DNA from: Eledone cirrhosa
Taxonomy: Eukaryota
NCBI GenBank assembly: GCA_964016885.1
Contig: OZ024743.1
Coordinates: forward strand, 353,152,001 to 353,216,000
Reading direction: 5' to 3'
Length of the DNA: 64,000 nucleotides
Below the pieces are notes generated by a model. That model searched no databases. It saw only the letters and a program-made list of their open reading frames with translations, and was not told where the DNA came from. Made by a program: the position numbers and the translations under genes. This document shows positions 62,418 to 64,000 of the stretch, piece after piece (within the stretch, counting starts at the first letter, position 1; the number at the start of each line of letters is the position of its first letter).

Positions 62418-64000
62418 ACAATGATATTAAATAAATGGAAACTATATTTATAAAACCATATTTATTTTATTATATATATTTCAAGGACAACCAAGACAAC
62501 ATTGGTACGCTTTCATCAGATAAAATACAAAGTTGGGTTTATAAATAGAGACGTACCCATGAAAATCATACCTTATCGGTTGGAAATTCACTGGATAGTG
62601 GAAATATATTAGGGATTATTCAAACTTATGTGTGAATATGCAAATGAATATATAAATAATTGAACAACAACCGTTTATTTAAATGACACTGGAGAAAGAT
62701 AGAGAAGAAAGAGAGAGAGAAAAAAATATTAATATTACGAGAGAAATAGAGAGAAGAAATTAACAAGAGGATGAATAGAACTCATGTAACGTTAATATGG
62801 GAAATACATTTTAAGTATATATCTACTAATGGTACGTATATTTATTATTATTTAATTGTTAAAATTCTTTTCTAATATAATATTTACTGTTATAAGTAGA
62901 TAGAAAAATAAATAGATATATATAGAAAAATAAATATATATACAATTAGATAGAAAAATATATGGAAAAATAAATAGATAGAAAAATAGATAGAAAAATA
63001 AATAGAAAAATAAATAGAAAAATAAATCAATAAATAGATATATTTCTTTAAATAGATAAATAGATAAATAGATAGATAAATGGATAGATGGGTATATCGT
63101 GTTATAGATAATTGTTTTAATGAGTTACGAGAGATATTGGTTTATATTTAATGTAAGTAATTAAGTTAACTGAGTTAATAAGAATATTTATATTTATATA
63201 TTTTAAATTGGGAAGGTACAGAAAAAACTCCAGTTTTGTTTATTTATTCGTTAGTATGAGACTATTTTGTCAAAATAAGTTTAAATGTTAAAGATATAAA
63301 TGTTGAAAGATATATTTAGCCTGAATTAGTTAGTGGTTATAAATCTAATAAAAGATATTAAAAAATATTAAAAATTCTGGAAAAATTTTTTTAAATAAGA
63401 GATAAGTAAATTTTAAAAATAAGTAATTTTTAAAATATATGAAAAATTTAAGAAATAAAAAATAAAAAATAAAGAATTTAAAAAAAAACCTAAAAAATAT
63501 AAAAATTAAAGTTAAAATTAAAAATTTAAATTAAAAAAATGTTTAAGTTAGGATTATATATGTATATATTATAAGAAATTTTAAGAAGTGAAATTATAGC
63601 AAATATTATAGATATGATTTAGAGATAATAATATATTAAAACAGAGTGGATAAGATTGTTATGGAAATAAGTAGAAATATTATAAGTGTAATTATAATTT
63701 ATATATAGTTCTAAACGTTGAATTTAGGCGATGTTTACAAGAACTAAATAAATTCGTCCGTACATTAATAGAGTTCTTACATTTAAGTATGAAGAAAATT
63801 TCATCAACACACAATTTGCAAAATCTAGATAAAGCTGTGTTTCAGTAGGCAGGTGCTTTTGAAATTATTTCCCAAGTTAAAGAATAGTCCATATTTTTGG
63901 ATTTTAAGTTCCATATCAGGTTTGATAGAGAAGTTGAAGATTTTTTATCAAGTTTTCGGAAAGAGCATTTGTGATTATTCCAGCGACTTTTAAAGTCTGT
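62418..64000 (-). mobile_element. PLE 3' part (relative of the 14-18 kb element), running off the window
   Basis: rc: DFKSRWNNHKCSF..SSTSLSNLIWNLK..WEIISKAPA..CKLCVDEIFFIL..SSCKHRLN; HHR at 62463-62527. Confidence 0.88.

Overview
AT-rich, microsatellite-saturated animal DNA, most likely cephalopod (octopus), inferred from the SINE family and repeat landscape. I can see no host gene; the window is almost entirely transposon-derived. It is dominated by Penelope-like retroelements (PLEs: RT plus GIY-YIG) of at least three lineages, with 11 coding copies or fragments and more than a dozen short non-coding inverted-repeat remnants, nearly all sitting in (TA)n arrays. By eye I found about 35 type I hammerhead-ribozyme (HHR) motifs of about 18 sequence families in the PLE termini. 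These include U3-A8 core variants, 40-85 nt stem II insertions and palindromic, dimer-type stem III. Most insertions are 'tail-out' pairs: two 3' ends point outward into flanking (TA)n, and in two cases the two arms come from different PLE families. One full-length PLE (55.7-61.1 kb) has an upstream coiled-coil ORF that meets the RT frame at a TTTTTTA slippery site. Also present: a decayed full-length RTE LINE, RTE fragments, restriction-like-endonuclease (R4/Dong-like) LINE ends in (ATGT)n, about 13 tRNA-derived Nin/Deu-domain SINEs, and Helitron, Merlin and Tc1/mariner-like relics. Most ORFs in the supplied track are microsatellite artefacts. Coordinates were read by eye, so element boundaries are approximate and RNA folds were not computed.
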